Shown here piece after piece: positions 1 to 34,506 of a stretch of DNA of 64,000 bases. Positions within the stretch are counted from its first letter, which is position 1, and each line of letters starts with the position of its first letter. A program made the translations under genes and the position numbers. This stretch comes from the human T2T-CHM13v2.0 reference genome, Homo sapiens: the NCBI RefSeq assembly GCF_009914755.1, contig NC_060927.1, one strand, 5' to 3'. The notes below the pieces were generated by a model. The model had not been told where the DNA came from, did no database searches, and saw only the letters and a list, made by a program, of their open reading frames with translations.

Positions 1-937
1 CTTCAGCACAAGTAACTCAATTTTGGTTTGGTCTTTTGGGCCTAGTACAGGAGTTCTACCCAAACCAATGGCCTGCTATAAATATGATTTAATACTCAGG
101 TGACCCACCCGGCCTATTGTTTATAGGCAAATAGTAGCCGGGTGCTGTGGCTCACACCTGTAATCCCAAAACTTTGGGAGGCCAGGGCAGGCGGGTCACC
201 AGAGGTCAGGAGTTAGAGAACAGCCTGGGCAACATGGCAAAACCCCATCTCCACAAACATTGCAAAAAAAAAGAAAAATTAGCTGGGTGTGGTTGCACAC
301 ACCTGTAGTCCCAGCTACTCAGGGGGTTGAGGCAGGAGGATCACTTGAGCCCAGAAGGTCAAGGCTGTAGTGACATATGATCTCAGCATTGCAGTCCAGC
401 CTGGGTGACAGAGTGAGACCCTGTCTCAATAAAAAGAAAACAAACAAAAAGAAATAGTTTAAAGTTTTCTCAGTTTTAATTTCTAATATCATAAACATAG
501 ATAGATATAACTCATAGTTAAAGTCTCCCTTAGGCTGGGCGAGGTGACTCACAACTGTAATCCAAGCACTTTGGGAGGCCCAATCAGGAGGATCACTTGC
601 ACCCAGAAGTTTAAGACCAGCCTTGGCAACAGAGGGAAACCTCATCTCTACCAAAAAAAAAAAAAAAAAAAAAAAAAAATTGGTGGGCATGGTGGTACAC
701 GCCTGTAGTCCCAGCTACTCGGGAGACCGAGGCACAAGAGGATTGCTTGAGCTGGAGAGTTTTAGCCTGCAGTGAGCCATGATTATATTACTGCACTCTA
801 GCCTGGGCAACAGAGCAAGACCCTATCTCAAAATAACTAAATAAATAAAAAGTCTCGGCTGGGCAAGGTGGCCCATGCCTGTAATCCCAGCACTTTGGAA
901 GGCCAAGGCAGGTGGATCACTTGAGGCCGGGAGTTCA

Positions 938-1141
<204 letters not shown>

Positions 1142-1270
1142 TCAAAAAAAAAAAATTATCTGGGTGTGGTAGCATCTGCCTGTAAATCCCAGCTACTCGG
1201 GAAGGCTGAGACATGAGAATCGATTGAACCTGGGAGGTGGAGGCTGCAGTGTGCCATGATCATGCCACTA

Positions 1271-1531
<261 letters not shown>

Positions 1532-1614
1532 TCATGCCATTGCACTCCAGCCTGGGTAGCAGAGCAAGACTCCGTCTCAAAAAAAAAAAAAAAGAAAAAA
1601 AGAAAGAAAGAAAT

Positions 1615-2452
<838 letters not shown>

Positions 2453-2667
2453 CTAAAATGCACCCCTTGTAAAAGTAGGACTTTGTCTTGTTCATGGCCA
2501 AATTCTCAGTGTCTAGAATAGGCCTTGGCACATAGGTGTTTAGTTGGTGTTTAATTAGTGAATGATGACCTTCCGTTTCCTTGGCACCATTTCCTGCGAC
2601 CAGTCCCTATCTCAGGTCTCCGAGAACAGTCTCTAACCTGGCAACCCTCAGATATAATAAGGACAGT

Positions 2668-2683
2668 TAGCGCCATCTGCTGG
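2668..2683 (-). promoter_or_regulatory. Candidate CTCF site
   Basis: Minus strand CCAGCAGATGGCGCTA fits the CTCF core CCASYAGRKGGCRS and lies in non-Alu sequence. Confidence 0.6.
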
Positions 2684-2939
2684 AAGATGGAGCATCACCT
2701 GCCTCTGAGAATCAAGCTCATCTATCCAAGGCTGATGGGGCCTGGAATGATATTCCTTACCTTAACCTCGGATCCCCAACTTTCCAAAGGTTTTTCTCTG
2801 CTCTTATGTCCTAGCATTACCAAGACAATGAAAAATAACAACACTGTGCCAGGCTCCCTTTTGTATGGTCCACACCTGAATTCTGGAAATGGCTGGCTGA
2901 AAGAGTATTTTGCAAGCCCATTCATTCTCTGCCCAGCCC

Positions 2940-3047
2940 TTTTTTTTTCTTCCTTCCTTCCCTTCTTCTTTCTTTCTTTTCCTCCCTCCCTCCTTCCCTC
3001 CTTCCTTCCTTCCCTCCCTCCTTCCTTCCTTCTCTCTCTTTCTTTCC
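2940..3047. repeat. Polypyrimidine (TTCC/TCCC/CT)n low-complexity tract
   Basis: Read directly from the sequence. Confidence 0.95.
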
Positions 3048-3126
3048 AGAGACCCATAAAGACTGCCCACAGCCTTCAAGGTAAGAACTCCTGCCCTCAG
3101 AGGATGTATGCATAAACTTGTAGTAA

Positions 3127-3834
<708 letters not shown>

Positions 3835-4137
3835 TCATAGAATCCTTCTGCCAAATTGTATATAGATCTAGTTTCAGCTTTATGATTTTTTTTATTTAAC
3901 AAATATTTTGCTGGGTACAGTGGCTCATGCCTGTAATCCCAGCACTTTGGGAGGGTGAGGCAGGAGGATTGCTTGATCCCAGGAGTTTGAGGCCAGGCTG
4001 GGCAACATAGTGAGACCCTGTCTCTAAAAAAAATAAATAAATATAGGCCTGGCACGGTGGCTCACACCTGTAATCCCAATGCTTTGTGAGGCCAAGGCGG
4101 GTGGATCACCTGAGGCCAGGAGTTTGAGACCAGCCTA

Positions 4138-5289
<1,152 letters not shown>

Positions 5290-5563
5290 TCACCTGAGGT
5301 CAGGAGTTCAAGACCAGTCTGGCCATCATAGGGAAACCCTGTCTCTACTAAAAATACAAAAAATTGGCCAGGCGTAGTGGCTCATGCCTGTAATCCCAGC
5401 ACTTTGGGAGGCCGAGGCAGGAGAATCACCTGAGGTTGTGAATTCGAGACCAGCTTGGCCAACATGGTGAAACCCCATCTCTATTAAAAATACAAAAATT
5501 GGCCGGGCGCGGTGGCTCACGCCTGTAATCCCAGCACTTTGGGAGGCCGAGGCGGGTAGATCA

Positions 5564-6017
<454 letters not shown>

Positions 6018-6144
6018 TCAGCTACTAGGGAGGCTGAGGCAGGAGAGTCACTTGAAACCAGGAGGCAGAGGTTGCAGTGAGCTGAGATCACGCCACTGCA
6101 CTGCCGTCTGGATGACAGAGTGAGACTCTGTCTCAAAAAAAAAA

Positions 6145-6145
<1 letters not shown>

Positions 6146-6189
<44 letters not shown>

Positions 6190-6220
6190 AACACACATAC
6201 ATACATACACACACACATAT
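6146..6220. repeat. Compound (TA)n(CA)n(TACA)n microsatellite grown from an Alu tail
   Basis: Read directly from the sequence. Confidence 0.95.
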
Positions 6221-6453
6221 AAATGTAGTGAGTGACTGATACTGCCAATAAATAAAAGGAAAAACAGAAGGATTAGTGATGGATGTGTGTGTTTGTGGAT
6301 GAGAGCTCAGAGCCTCAAAAGCCTCCAGGAGTCCACAAACTGGCAGCCAGACCCATCTGGACGGGCAGAAGGTAAGGAAGCAATGTTGACAGTCTAGGCA
6401 AATCTATTGGGCGTGGACTGCTCTGTACTCACAAGTGCAGGCCTAGCTTCTCA

Positions 6454-6693
<240 letters not shown>

Positions 6694-7089
6694 CTACTGG
6701 GGAGGCTGAGGCAGGAGAATTGCTTGAAGCTGGGACCCAGAGGTTGCAGTGAGCCCATTGCACTCCAGCCTGGGTGACAAGAGCAAGACTCCGTCTCAAA
6801 AAAACAAAAAAGAAAGAGCGGTGGCTCACGCCTGTAATCCCAGCACTTTGGGAGGCTGAGGCGGGTGGATCACAAGGTCAGGAGTTCAAGATCAGCCTGG
6901 CTAAGATGGTGAAACCCTGTCTCCACTAAAAATACAAAAAAATTAGCCTGGCGCAGTGACAGGAGCCTGTAATCCCAGCTACTCGGGAGGCTGAAGCAGG
7001 AGAATTGCTTGAACCTGCGGAGGCGGAGGTTGCAGTGAGCCAAGATCACACCAGTGCACTCCAGCCTGGGTGACAGAATAAGACTCCAT

Positions 7090-7281
7090 AAAAAAGAAAG
7101 AAAGAAAGAAAGAAAAGGAAGGAAGGAAGGAAGGAAGGAAAGAAGGAAGGAAGGAAGGAAGGAAGGAAGGAAAGAAAGAAAGAGAGAGAGAGAGGGAGAA
7201 AGAAAGAAAGGAAAGAAAGAGAGAGAGAGAGGGAGAAAGAAAGTAAGAAAGAAAGAAAGACAGACAGACAGAGACAGACAG
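7090..7281. repeat. Polypurine compound microsatellite (GAAA)n(GGAA)6 AGAA (GGAA)7 (GA)n(GACA)n
   Basis: Read directly; derived from an Alu A-tail. Confidence 0.95.
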
Positions 7282-7698
7282 GGTCTTGGCCAGGCAAGGT
7301 GGCTCATGCATGAAATCCCAACATTTTGGGAGGCCAGGGCGGGCAGATCACCTGAGCTCAGGAGTTAGAAACCAGCTTGGGCAACATAGCAAAACCCTAT
7401 CTCGACAAAAATTACAAAAATTAGCAAGGGGTGTTTCGGAGTCTACTCTGGCTCAGGAGGCTGCCTGTAAAAAAACAAAACAAACAAACAAAAAAATTAG
7501 CCAAGCGTGGTGGCATGTGCCTATAGTTCTAGCTGCTTGGGAGGGTAAGGTGGGAGGATTGCATAAGCCTGGGAGGTTGAGGCTACCGTGAGCTGTGATT
7601 GAGCCATTGCACTCCAGCCTAGGTGACAGAGTGAGACTCTGTCTCAAAAATAAATAAATACATAAATAAGAAACTCGGTCTCTGTCACCCAGACTTGA

Positions 7699-7851
<153 letters not shown>

Positions 7852-9361
7852 TAAGGTCTTGCTATGTTGCCCTGGCTGGTCTGAACTCCTGGCTTCAAGC
7901 AAAGCAATTCTCCCACCTAGATCTCCCCAAGCGCTGGAATTACTGGCGCAAGGCACCATACCCAGCCAGAAGCTGCCATTTCTTTTCCACTGTCTCTTGT
8001 AGGATGATTTGAAGTAGCTCTAAGCAGGTGGCAGAGCAGGTGAGTCTCTCAAGGCTTTCCTAGCCCAACCCCTCAGGCTCTAGAGGGCAGTGCAAGTCAA
8101 GGTGGCCAAGGGTGGGCCCAGGGCTCACAGCCAGTTGAGACAGAACCACACTGGAATTTCTCTGACCTTAAGCACATTGCAGGGGCTCCTAGTACTGCAG
8201 AACTTTCAGGGACTCTTTTAAATTGCAGCAATATGGTGTGTGTAGAGGGTGTGTTTCTGGAAAAATTGTCTATAGCTTTTTCAGATAATGGAGATAAGGA
8301 AGGTTGGAGACCCTACCATAAGTTATGAAATCCATGGTATCCCCTTCCCTGGCTTGGTCTCGAGACAGGCTCCACACTGCCTTCCTAAATGTAGTCTGGC
8401 AGCCCATGATCTCCCTGGGGCATGCCATGGAGTACTCAGCTGCCCCCATCCAGGACTCTTTGTGTCCAATTAGGGGGGATGGCAGGAAACAAGATTTTCT
8501 CCGGTCCTTGGGGACTGCTGGGAGAGCCAGCAGCTTGGAACAGCTTCCTGCAGCTGCTGGGAACAGGGAGCCAAAGAATGCCTGTGCTTCCCTGGATTTC
8601 CTGGGACCCATGTCCTGCTGCTGAAGTCACTGGGCCCCACCAGGTCCCACCACGTCCCACCATGGGCCTCATTATGGGCACCTTTTATTTCATTATGAAA
8701 GGAATCAGGAATGAGATGACCTTTGTGTGGGGCAATGCAAGGCCCAGCAGGAGGCTGCCCAGATGGCTCTCTTGTCAGTTCCCCTATCTTTTTCCCTGTG
8801 CTCCCCCTGCTTGACCCATACTCCAGATCATTCTGCTCAGAGTCAGGCAAGTTCCAGCAAAGTCTAGGATGCCTGGTCAAGGCCTGCTGGGACAATCACC
8901 TCTGCACCATTCTTGTCCATCTGACCAGGCTTGGACATGTCCTGCTACTGCTGAACTCTTCCTGGGAGTTCACCAAGCCAGTAGGAAATTCAGCTGCTCC
9001 CCTCTCCAAAGACTCCACTACAGTGATCCCTCCTCCATGTGGCCTTCTCAGACCAGGCCCTCACACCTCCTTGTTTCCTGGGTGCAGCTTTTGCTACCCA
9101 AGAGCAGAAACACATGCTTCTCAGCTGCCCTGCCTATGACTTCTATTTCTCAGCTTTTTGCCTTCTTGAATGTCTAGGAATGGAGTAGGTGCTCAATAAA
9201 GGGCTTTATGATTTGATTTGGCTACTTCCCTGCCCTCCTCCCAATTCCTTACCCTGAGTACAAATAACGACTGAAGTGGGCTTAGACTAAACCCCAGAAC
9301 TGCAGAAGACCCTATAATCAGGCCACCCTGAGAATATCTTTGTTCATCCAATGGGCCCTAG

Positions 9362-13262
<3,901 letters not shown>

Positions 13263-15593
13263 ACCTAGGATTCCTAAGGGCCCTTTGGAAAGCTCTGGTC
13301 CACAGGAGTCAGAGGGGGAAAGGATACAGAGAGAAGTCTTTGCCCAAGGCCCCAGTCAGTCAGAGGCAGGCACCAGCGCACCTGCTTGTGCACACCCAGC
13401 CCTTGGGGCCTTGACCCTGGGTAAGACCTTGACTGTGACAGCAAGTGGGCCTGGGCATCCCTGAGCTCTGCCTCCTGTGAGCTCAGTGGGGCTTACTAGA
13501 AACAAGTCTGTTCCCAGGGGTTGTAGGTGTCCTGAGGAGGCCTGAGATTTCCCACTTCTCTGCCGGCCAGGGCCTCAGTGCTGCTGACCTTGAACAAATT
13601 GCTGAGAGCCCCAGGCAGCAGAGTGAGTATAGGGGGGTTTTGGGCAGAGGAAGAATAGGGGGTCAGCTGAGACCAGGCTTTCTCCCTGGGATTTCCCCAA
13701 GGTAGGAGGAGCAGCTGCTGGGCCCTGGAGCAGCCTTCCTCACACCTACATGTCCTCACCTTTATATCAGCTGCTACATTCTTTTAAGTATCCCAGGGCA
13801 TGGAGATGATGAAATATTTCTTTTAACCTTTTCTAGAAAAACCCTCCACACACCATGAATGGGTTTTTGTATGGCACTGGGGACATGTGAGTGCCTCTGC
13901 AGAGAGCCACTACCATGCTATAGCCAGTCATGCCCACCCCTGAAGGCCCACAACCTGGGCTTCAAGCTGGGGTCTCTCTCTTTCTTACCTTAAACGCCAG
14001 TTCTGAGCTCAGCCCCTAATACTTCCCACTCCAGGCCTTCCTAGTCCCTGGGGTCCCCTGCCAGGTCCAGCATAGTTAACTCATCTGATGGACATAGACC
14101 TTTTCCTGAGGGTCACACATATTCGTGGGCGACCCCAGCCAGAAATTCTGTCCAGCTTGGTTAAGTGACAGCTGCTGGGAGGGACGTTTGAGGGTCACCG
14201 GCCCAGAGCATCCCAGAGATGGATGGGACAGCTGGCCTGGGCTTTGTGCCTACCAGGTGACCCTACACCTGTCCTGAAGGCCTCCAGCATGCTTGTGTCA
14301 AGCAGTAGCTCTGGGGGAGGTAGGTGGGGGTTTGCCCTGGAATCCATCTTAAGGCAGGACCTTCCCCAACTGCTCCCTGCTCCCCAGCTACCCTCTCCTC
14401 TCCACTCTCTCCTTTCTCCCACCTCTGCCATTGGCCCAGTCCATGGGTTTCCTTTCCCCAGGCAGTTGACGCTGGGCCCTCTCTGATGGGCCATGCTGGG
14501 TCTCCCCTGAAGTCCTTACATACTGAGTATACCAGGAGTATATCCAGGCCCAAGGGAGCCCTTCCTCCACCATGTCCCTTCCCCTTTGACCTTTCTCTCC
14601 TGGGGCTGGAAGGAGGGGAGTGGCCTCTCTGCATTCCAGGGAAGGTGGAGGAAGGACAAGTGAGAAATTTTCTCTCTAAATGCTTGTTCTGACTTGACTT
14701 CCCTGATGCCTGTTGCCCCTCCTCCACATGACCCCCATCTCTGCCTCCACTCTGCCTGCTCTCTCCTCCCCAACCCCTCCTCTGTGCTCCCACCTTTCTT
14801 TCCCCACCTACAGGGGAAAGAAGGGCTGCAAGCCTGGAGCTCAGCTGCTGTCCCCTCACCCCTCACCCAACTGCATTCCTTCCTGGAGGCCTGAGGGCAC
14901 TGCCTGCCCTGGCCCTCCCACCCTCCTTCTCCTCCTCCTCCTCCTCCTTGCTCCCATCTTTCAGCTACCATGCCCCTTGCTCCTGGGATCCTACCTTTCT
15001 GGCAAAGCCCAGCCTGGTTAAATATAGTGCTGGTGCCTGCTCTCCCATCTGTTGCTTTCTCTCCTTTATCACCACTCCATTCACTGCTCAGGCCTTGGGG
15101 ATTTCCAAGATCTTTCAGGCCTGCCCTGCCCACTTTCTCCTAAGCCTTCACTGTGGCCTTTCTCTAGGCTTATTCCATTCACTCTCCAGAAAACCCCAGG
15201 GTTTCCTCCGTGTTCACCTCCTATAGGCTCTGCCTTCAAAGAGTGGATTTCTCAAATGTTCTGCACCACACAGTACACCCTGGTTCCCCCCTTCCCTCTC
15301 ATCCCCTTTGTAACTACCTGATTATTACATTTGTATTTACTTATTTTATTTACTGTCTTATTTGTCTGGAATTTGGGCTCCACAAGGGAAGGGCTTGTCC
15401 CTTTTATTTCTTCCTGTGTTCCTAGCATACAATAGACTCAGTAAATATCTGTGGATTCAACAAAGCATGGATGGATGTTTCACCCTGGCCGTGACTCAGT
15501 CACATAATCTGGTCTTCTGTCATTTTTAGTGAGCAGACAGGGCCACAGCCCACATATGAGGTCACTTGATGATGAGGTGACCAAGGGGCTTAG

Positions 15594-16400
<807 letters not shown>

Positions 16401-17009
16401 CTATTCCCAAAACACTGTGTCTGTGGCCTTGAGCGCTGGACTAAACACTAGATTAGGTTTAGTCTAGCCAGGCAGTCAGTGGAAGCAAGCAAAGGTAGGG
16501 GGTCTGTTTGTTCATTCTCTTCAGTTACTGACCAGCTAGCCCCTAAACCCAAAGTCGTGGGGGACACCACCCATATTCGTCCAGTTTAGCAGAATTGTTC
16601 TCTTCTCCATCACATGTCAGTCCAAATCTGGCTCAGGGGTCAATCAGGGGCTTTTCTAGGGCAGAAACACCTCTTTCAGAGCTGGCTAGATCTTATTTGG
16701 GCCTGTCCTTCTCATTGGCCTGGGCACCCCTCAGTGGCCCTTTAGTCAGAGACATTGATGGGCCACCAAGCAAACACTGACTCTGACCCTGCTGTCATGG
16801 CTGATGAGTATGCCCCTGAAACACTGGAAAGTGTTGGATCCAGGTGAAAATATAGCTTTTGCCTCTAGGCTGAGTGCTGACAGAGACAGGAAGGGCCTCT
16901 GAGAGCCCTATCTCTAGTGTAGGGAATCCTCGACATTTCTGGGATGAATGAGAGCAGTCCTCCGGCCATCTTGAGGTGAACTAATAAAGGAATAAAAGGT
17001 GAATGTTAG

Positions 17010-18643
<1,634 letters not shown>

Positions 18644-19664
18644 TCAACCAACAGTCCCCCTTGCTATGGGGTTCCTGCCCCATAGGACTCTCTGTTCCTA
18701 GAGGGACAGGTGTGGAAGCTGTGGCCCAGTTGACTGGAGGAATGCTCTTTGCCAGCCATGTATGGAGGGGTCTGGTGGAAGTGCTGGAGTGGAGGGCCCT
18801 GCAAGGGGAGGAACTGGCTTCTGGGAAGGCTGGTGGTGACCCACAAACACGCCTACTGGCAGTTTATCTCGGATGAACTTATCAGTCCTTTCTTTCTGCC
18901 AGAGCTGCCAAACAATCAGCCTTCTGTTAAATCCAGACAAAAGGGACTCCTCCCTTGCCGTGACTTGGCTGGCCCTGCTTGCTAGCCCTCTGCCTCAGGC
19001 AGGCCTGTGGGCCTGGCATTTGGGTCAGGAGCCTCCACCCTTGACCAGCACCAGCCCCTGCCCCTCTCTGTCAGGCCTGGAGAGGAATCAGCAGCAGAGG
19101 CCTCCCTCCCCTGGGAAGAATCTGAGGATGAGCACTGGTCCTTGACCCTCAGCTTCTCAGAAACACGCCAGGGTAAAAAGCCCTGGAATCCTAGGACCAT
19201 CAGAAAGTTTGGTCCACGTAATGTCCCTTGGATTTGTTCTAACTAAAATCAAGGTCTTAGTTTAAGTCACATGAGCCCCAAGCAAACACTAGGACATTTG
19301 CCTTGGGCTTTGCACAGGGCATGGACCTTTGGAGTAGCAACTTGCTTCCTTCCTTCCAAAACCAAAATTGAGCCTCTGCTATCTGCCACTTGCTGTTAGG
19401 TGGTGGTTGCTATGTGGGGCCAAGCAAGTTGGTCTCTAGCATCAAGGGCTCATACTTCAGTGGAGGAGACAAACCTTAATCAGATAATCTTCCTGAATCC
19501 TCAGGTTGAGGGTCTATGTGGATGAAACACTGGGGGCTGAAGGCCCAAGAGAGTTGGGGACTGACAGGCCCGAAGATCCTCATTCTTTGCCTCTTGATCA
19601 GTCCTCCCCATTCCATACCACATGGGTCCTTTGAGTAGCTGCTCCTGGGAGTAACCCAGGCCTC

Positions 19665-22045
<2,381 letters not shown>

Positions 22046-22859
22046 CCCTTCCTTTTCTTGTCTCTGTGAATGAGGTTTGGAGCCGAGACACTGAAGTATA
22101 GATAATTGCAAAAAGGTATGTTTTTGGGAGATGGGGCATTCCTTTCTTATCTCTGCAACTTGCATCTCCCAGACGCTCCTGAGGAGGGAGGGAAAGCCAG
22201 GGAGCCCCAGAGCTCTCCGGGATCCAGGGAGGAAACCATGGCTGGTGGCAGCCAGTTCTGTGTTCAGAATGTGCTTGCTGTCAAGAGTGCAGGCCTGGAA
22301 TTCCAGCCTGGCCACAGGCCAAGGAGGGAATGGACCCATCCTGCGCATGGTGTGGGGATGAGAAGCAGAGCCCACCACGGGTCTCATTCCCAGACCCATC
22401 CGGTAACTGTCAGTTTCAGTAACTGTGAAGTCTGGGGCTTTTGGGGTGGGGGGCTGCAGGTTAAGTCCTGGGGAGAGCTAGAGCTACCTTAGGACCCTCC
22501 CCTTGAATGTTCCAGGCAGCAACCCCCCTCTCTTATTTCTTCCCCCACCAAAAGAATGCAGGCCACTAGGAGTGAGTGACCAGCGCCTGCGAGTTAGAGC
22601 TATTTTGGGCAGGAGAGCAGGCGTCGGATTCCAGTGTTCCAGGCAGGGGGAGGGGACGAGGGTTAGGCCTGAGGCGCTTTCCGACTCCCCAGCCTGCTGT
22701 GGGCGAGGCTCTAGGAGATGAGCTAGCTTCCCGCTCCTCCTGTCCCTGGCCTCAGTCTCCCATCCGTGTAAGGGCCGGGCAGCAAGGCTTTCATCCTTTG
22801 CAATTGAGAGAACGCTTCCTGATTGTTCTCATGGCTTAGAAATACCCCTTGATTTGCAT

Positions 22860-23960
22860 TCGAAGGAAATAAGGAGGGCTGAACGCAGTCGACGGGTGGC
22901 CAGTTGCTGGGCCAGTTCGCAGTCCTGACTGTCCCTTGATTAGTCTTAGAGGCCCAAAGGCCTGAAGTTGGGCGGGGAGCCCCTCCCCCACACTACTGGT
23001 TCTGAAGGCTCCGAGTGACCGGGACCGACCGCCGGGGTGTGTCCCGGGACGGACTTCCCTGGCCGTGGGGGCGAGGCTTCCATAATGGGGCGTGACTTTT
23101 AGGGCGGGGGAGTGGCTAGCCAATGAGCAGAGAGGTGCGGGCCGGGGCGGGGCTTGCGCGCGGGTGCGGCGCGCTGCGGAGCGGCCGACGCAGGCAGAAG
23201 CCGGCGGCGCGCGGACAGCCAGTCGGCGCCGCGCGGAGCTGGCCGCTGGATTGGCTGCAACACTCGCGTGTCAGGCGGTTGCTAGGCTCCGGCCGCGCGC
23301 CCCGCCCTTGCGCTCAGCGCCCTCTCACCGCCCGGTACGTGCTCGCGCGAAGGCTGCGGCGCGGCGCTCGCGCCTCTTAGGCTTGGCGGTGGCGGCGGCG
23401 GCAGCTTCGCGCCGAATCCCCGGGGAGCGGCGGTGGCGGCGTCCTGGGGCCAGGAGGAGCGAACACCTGCCGCAGTCCTCCCGCCGGCGCTGGGTGAGTG
23501 CACCGCCCGCCCTATCCGCTGTGCCTGGCTGCTTGGGCCCCCATCCCTGCTGCCGGCTGAGCCTTCCGCGGAACACCTGCTGCTGCTCGCTGTTCGGCCC
23601 GGGGCGGGGACACGGCCGCGGACGTCCTTGTGGGTGAGGAGGCGGTGCCGCCCGGGCGGAGCCGCCCCTTTGCTCTGGGTCCCGCAGGCAAAGGCTCGGA
23701 GCGTTCGGCTGCAAGGCCCGGGCCGCGCGCCGCGGCGATGGGCCAGGCCTTAGCTCGGCCCGCGCTCCCGGGAACGTGGAGCCTGCGCCTTGGCCGCGGT
23801 CGTGAGCCGCCTGCGGGCCGCCTCCCTGGCTTCCAATAGGGGTTGTGGCCCAGTTGGGCCGGATTCCGACTGTGGGGAGTCGAGCCCCGCTAGAGGCAGG
23901 GAAGGGCACCGCTGCCGCCACTGCTCTGTCAGAGCTGCTCAGAGCCTTGGTGGGTTCCGT
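22860..23960. promoter_or_regulatory. DAG1: CpG island / TATA-less promoter of DAG1
   Basis: Very high GC and CpG density. GC boxes at 23102-23109 and 23144-23153, CCAAT at 23120-23124, reverse CCAAT (ATTGG) at 23250-23254, and octamer ATTTGCAT just upstream at 22852-22859. Confidence 0.92.
23216..23493 (+). other. DAG1: DAG1 non-coding exon 1 (start approximate)
   Basis: Lies in the CpG island and ends at consensus donor TGG|GTGAGT. It has no ATG. Joined to 63422 it gives ...ggcgctgg|gctctgtgtg..., as I recall for the DAG1 mRNA leader. Confidence 0.88.
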
Positions 23961-25586
23961 CATCCTTACTTGAGCTCCTTTGGAAGCTTGTTTACTTACT
24001 ACCTTTTCACTTTGTATTTGGCAGACCTGGTTCACCTGCGAGTGTATTTGGATAGTGTCTCCACAGAAAATGTCGTCTCGGCTTGGAATCTTTTTGCCAT
24101 AAATTCTAAGTTAGTTTCCTACAAACTCAACTGGTAACTTAAAATGCATCCTTTAATCTCTATAACTTGAAAAGTTCTTATTTTTGTAAATCGAGTTGCT
24201 TCAGAATTAGTTTTAATGGTGACGATGAAGTTTTGACTGGTTGAGGCAAGAGCCTGGGACAGCACCTTCATAGCGCAGAGTCTAACTTAAGATTCTAGCC
24301 TGCTGCTTCCCTAAATAAGCGAGTAGAAGTGACTCCTGGCATAGAAGCCAGACTCCGTGAAGGGAAGGTGGTGTTTATAGGACATAATTCCAGATAAAGA
24401 GCTGGATGTGCTTTCAGGTGTTTTGCAAAGTCTGGTGTAGATGGGGTATTGCAGGTTTATCAGGTTCTATGCTTAGTTAAGTTCAGAGACATTATTTTGG
24501 AATGTTCCTGTTCTAAAAAAGAATTCAACCGTACTACATTTTGGAGGCATAAAAATCCATAGTTTGAGTATGGAGAAGTTTAGTTGAACTTTTGTGGGTT
24601 TTTTTTGCTGTGAACTAAGGAAGAAGAGCTCATGGCCTGTGTCCTGTATTTTGGAGAAATCAGATTTCAGTAGGGAGTTGGATCCATCATGTGAAGACCC
24701 TATGGGATATAAAAGCTTGTGCTGACATGTGCTTTTGTTAAAAGAGGCACAGTGCAAATCCTCACTGTTCTTAAAAATTGATTTTGCAAAATGCATTTAT
24801 TCATTTGAACAAATATTTTGATTCACTACCTGCCAAATTCTGTGGTAGATCCTAGGGACCCATGTAAAAGAGTCTGCTTCTGCCCTTAAGGAATTCAGTT
24901 TAGGGGGCAGTGGGGACCGGGGAACCCATGATTAATAGTGTCTGCCCGCTAAGCGTGCTCACATAGTAGCCTGAGGAGAGAGGGAATTCCTGAGCTGTGG
25001 TTTTCAGGGCCAGCAGGAATTAGTGGGGGACATCAAGGCCTGGACACAGGGAACCACATGTACATGAGCACCTAAAATAGTGCTTGGGAGTCCTCCAGCT
25101 TGGCAGGTGCGAGCTCTGGGCCTGCCTTGTGCTCAGGAGTTCCAACTTTGTATGCGGGGTGCAGGAGTCTGGGGAGCCTTTTAATCAGTAGAGTGGTGTG
25201 ACCCAGACCTGTGTTTAGAAAGATATTGCTGGTGGAGTGGCAGGAAGAGGGAGGGGGTCAGGACCTCTGGCAGTTAAGTCAGCTAACAGAGGAGAGGTGG
25301 GGAGGGAGAAGGAGCCATCAGAAAAGAGAGACTGAAAAGGTAGTACAGAGGGGATGTCCTGCCATGATGGGGGAGGAGCTACATTCTGGAATGCATGGGC
25401 CAGAAGACCAAGCATAACCAAGGATTTAAATTCCTTGTTGACTACCTGGTATAGTGACCTACAGAGTTGCTTGTGTCTGGTTAGTGTTGAGGATGGTGGG
25501 ATTTGGAGGGACCACTTAGGGACCACTTAGACTGCCGTCGATGCATAGGAAAGGAGGCCTGGCATTTGATTATTAAAAACTTTATC

Positions 25587-34506
<8,920 letters not shown>

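Noticed and set aside
2558-3115. 185-aa ORF and reverse Glu/Arg/Gly/Lys-rich ORFs
   Set aside because: Their length comes from the (TTCC)n tract. The same applies to the ORFs over 6870-7368.
23092-24137. Long ORFs on both strands (181 aa +, 236 aa -) across the promoter
   Set aside because: Stop-codon depletion in a GC-rich CpG island; the products are Arg/Ala/Pro/Gly low-complexity with no recognisable domain.
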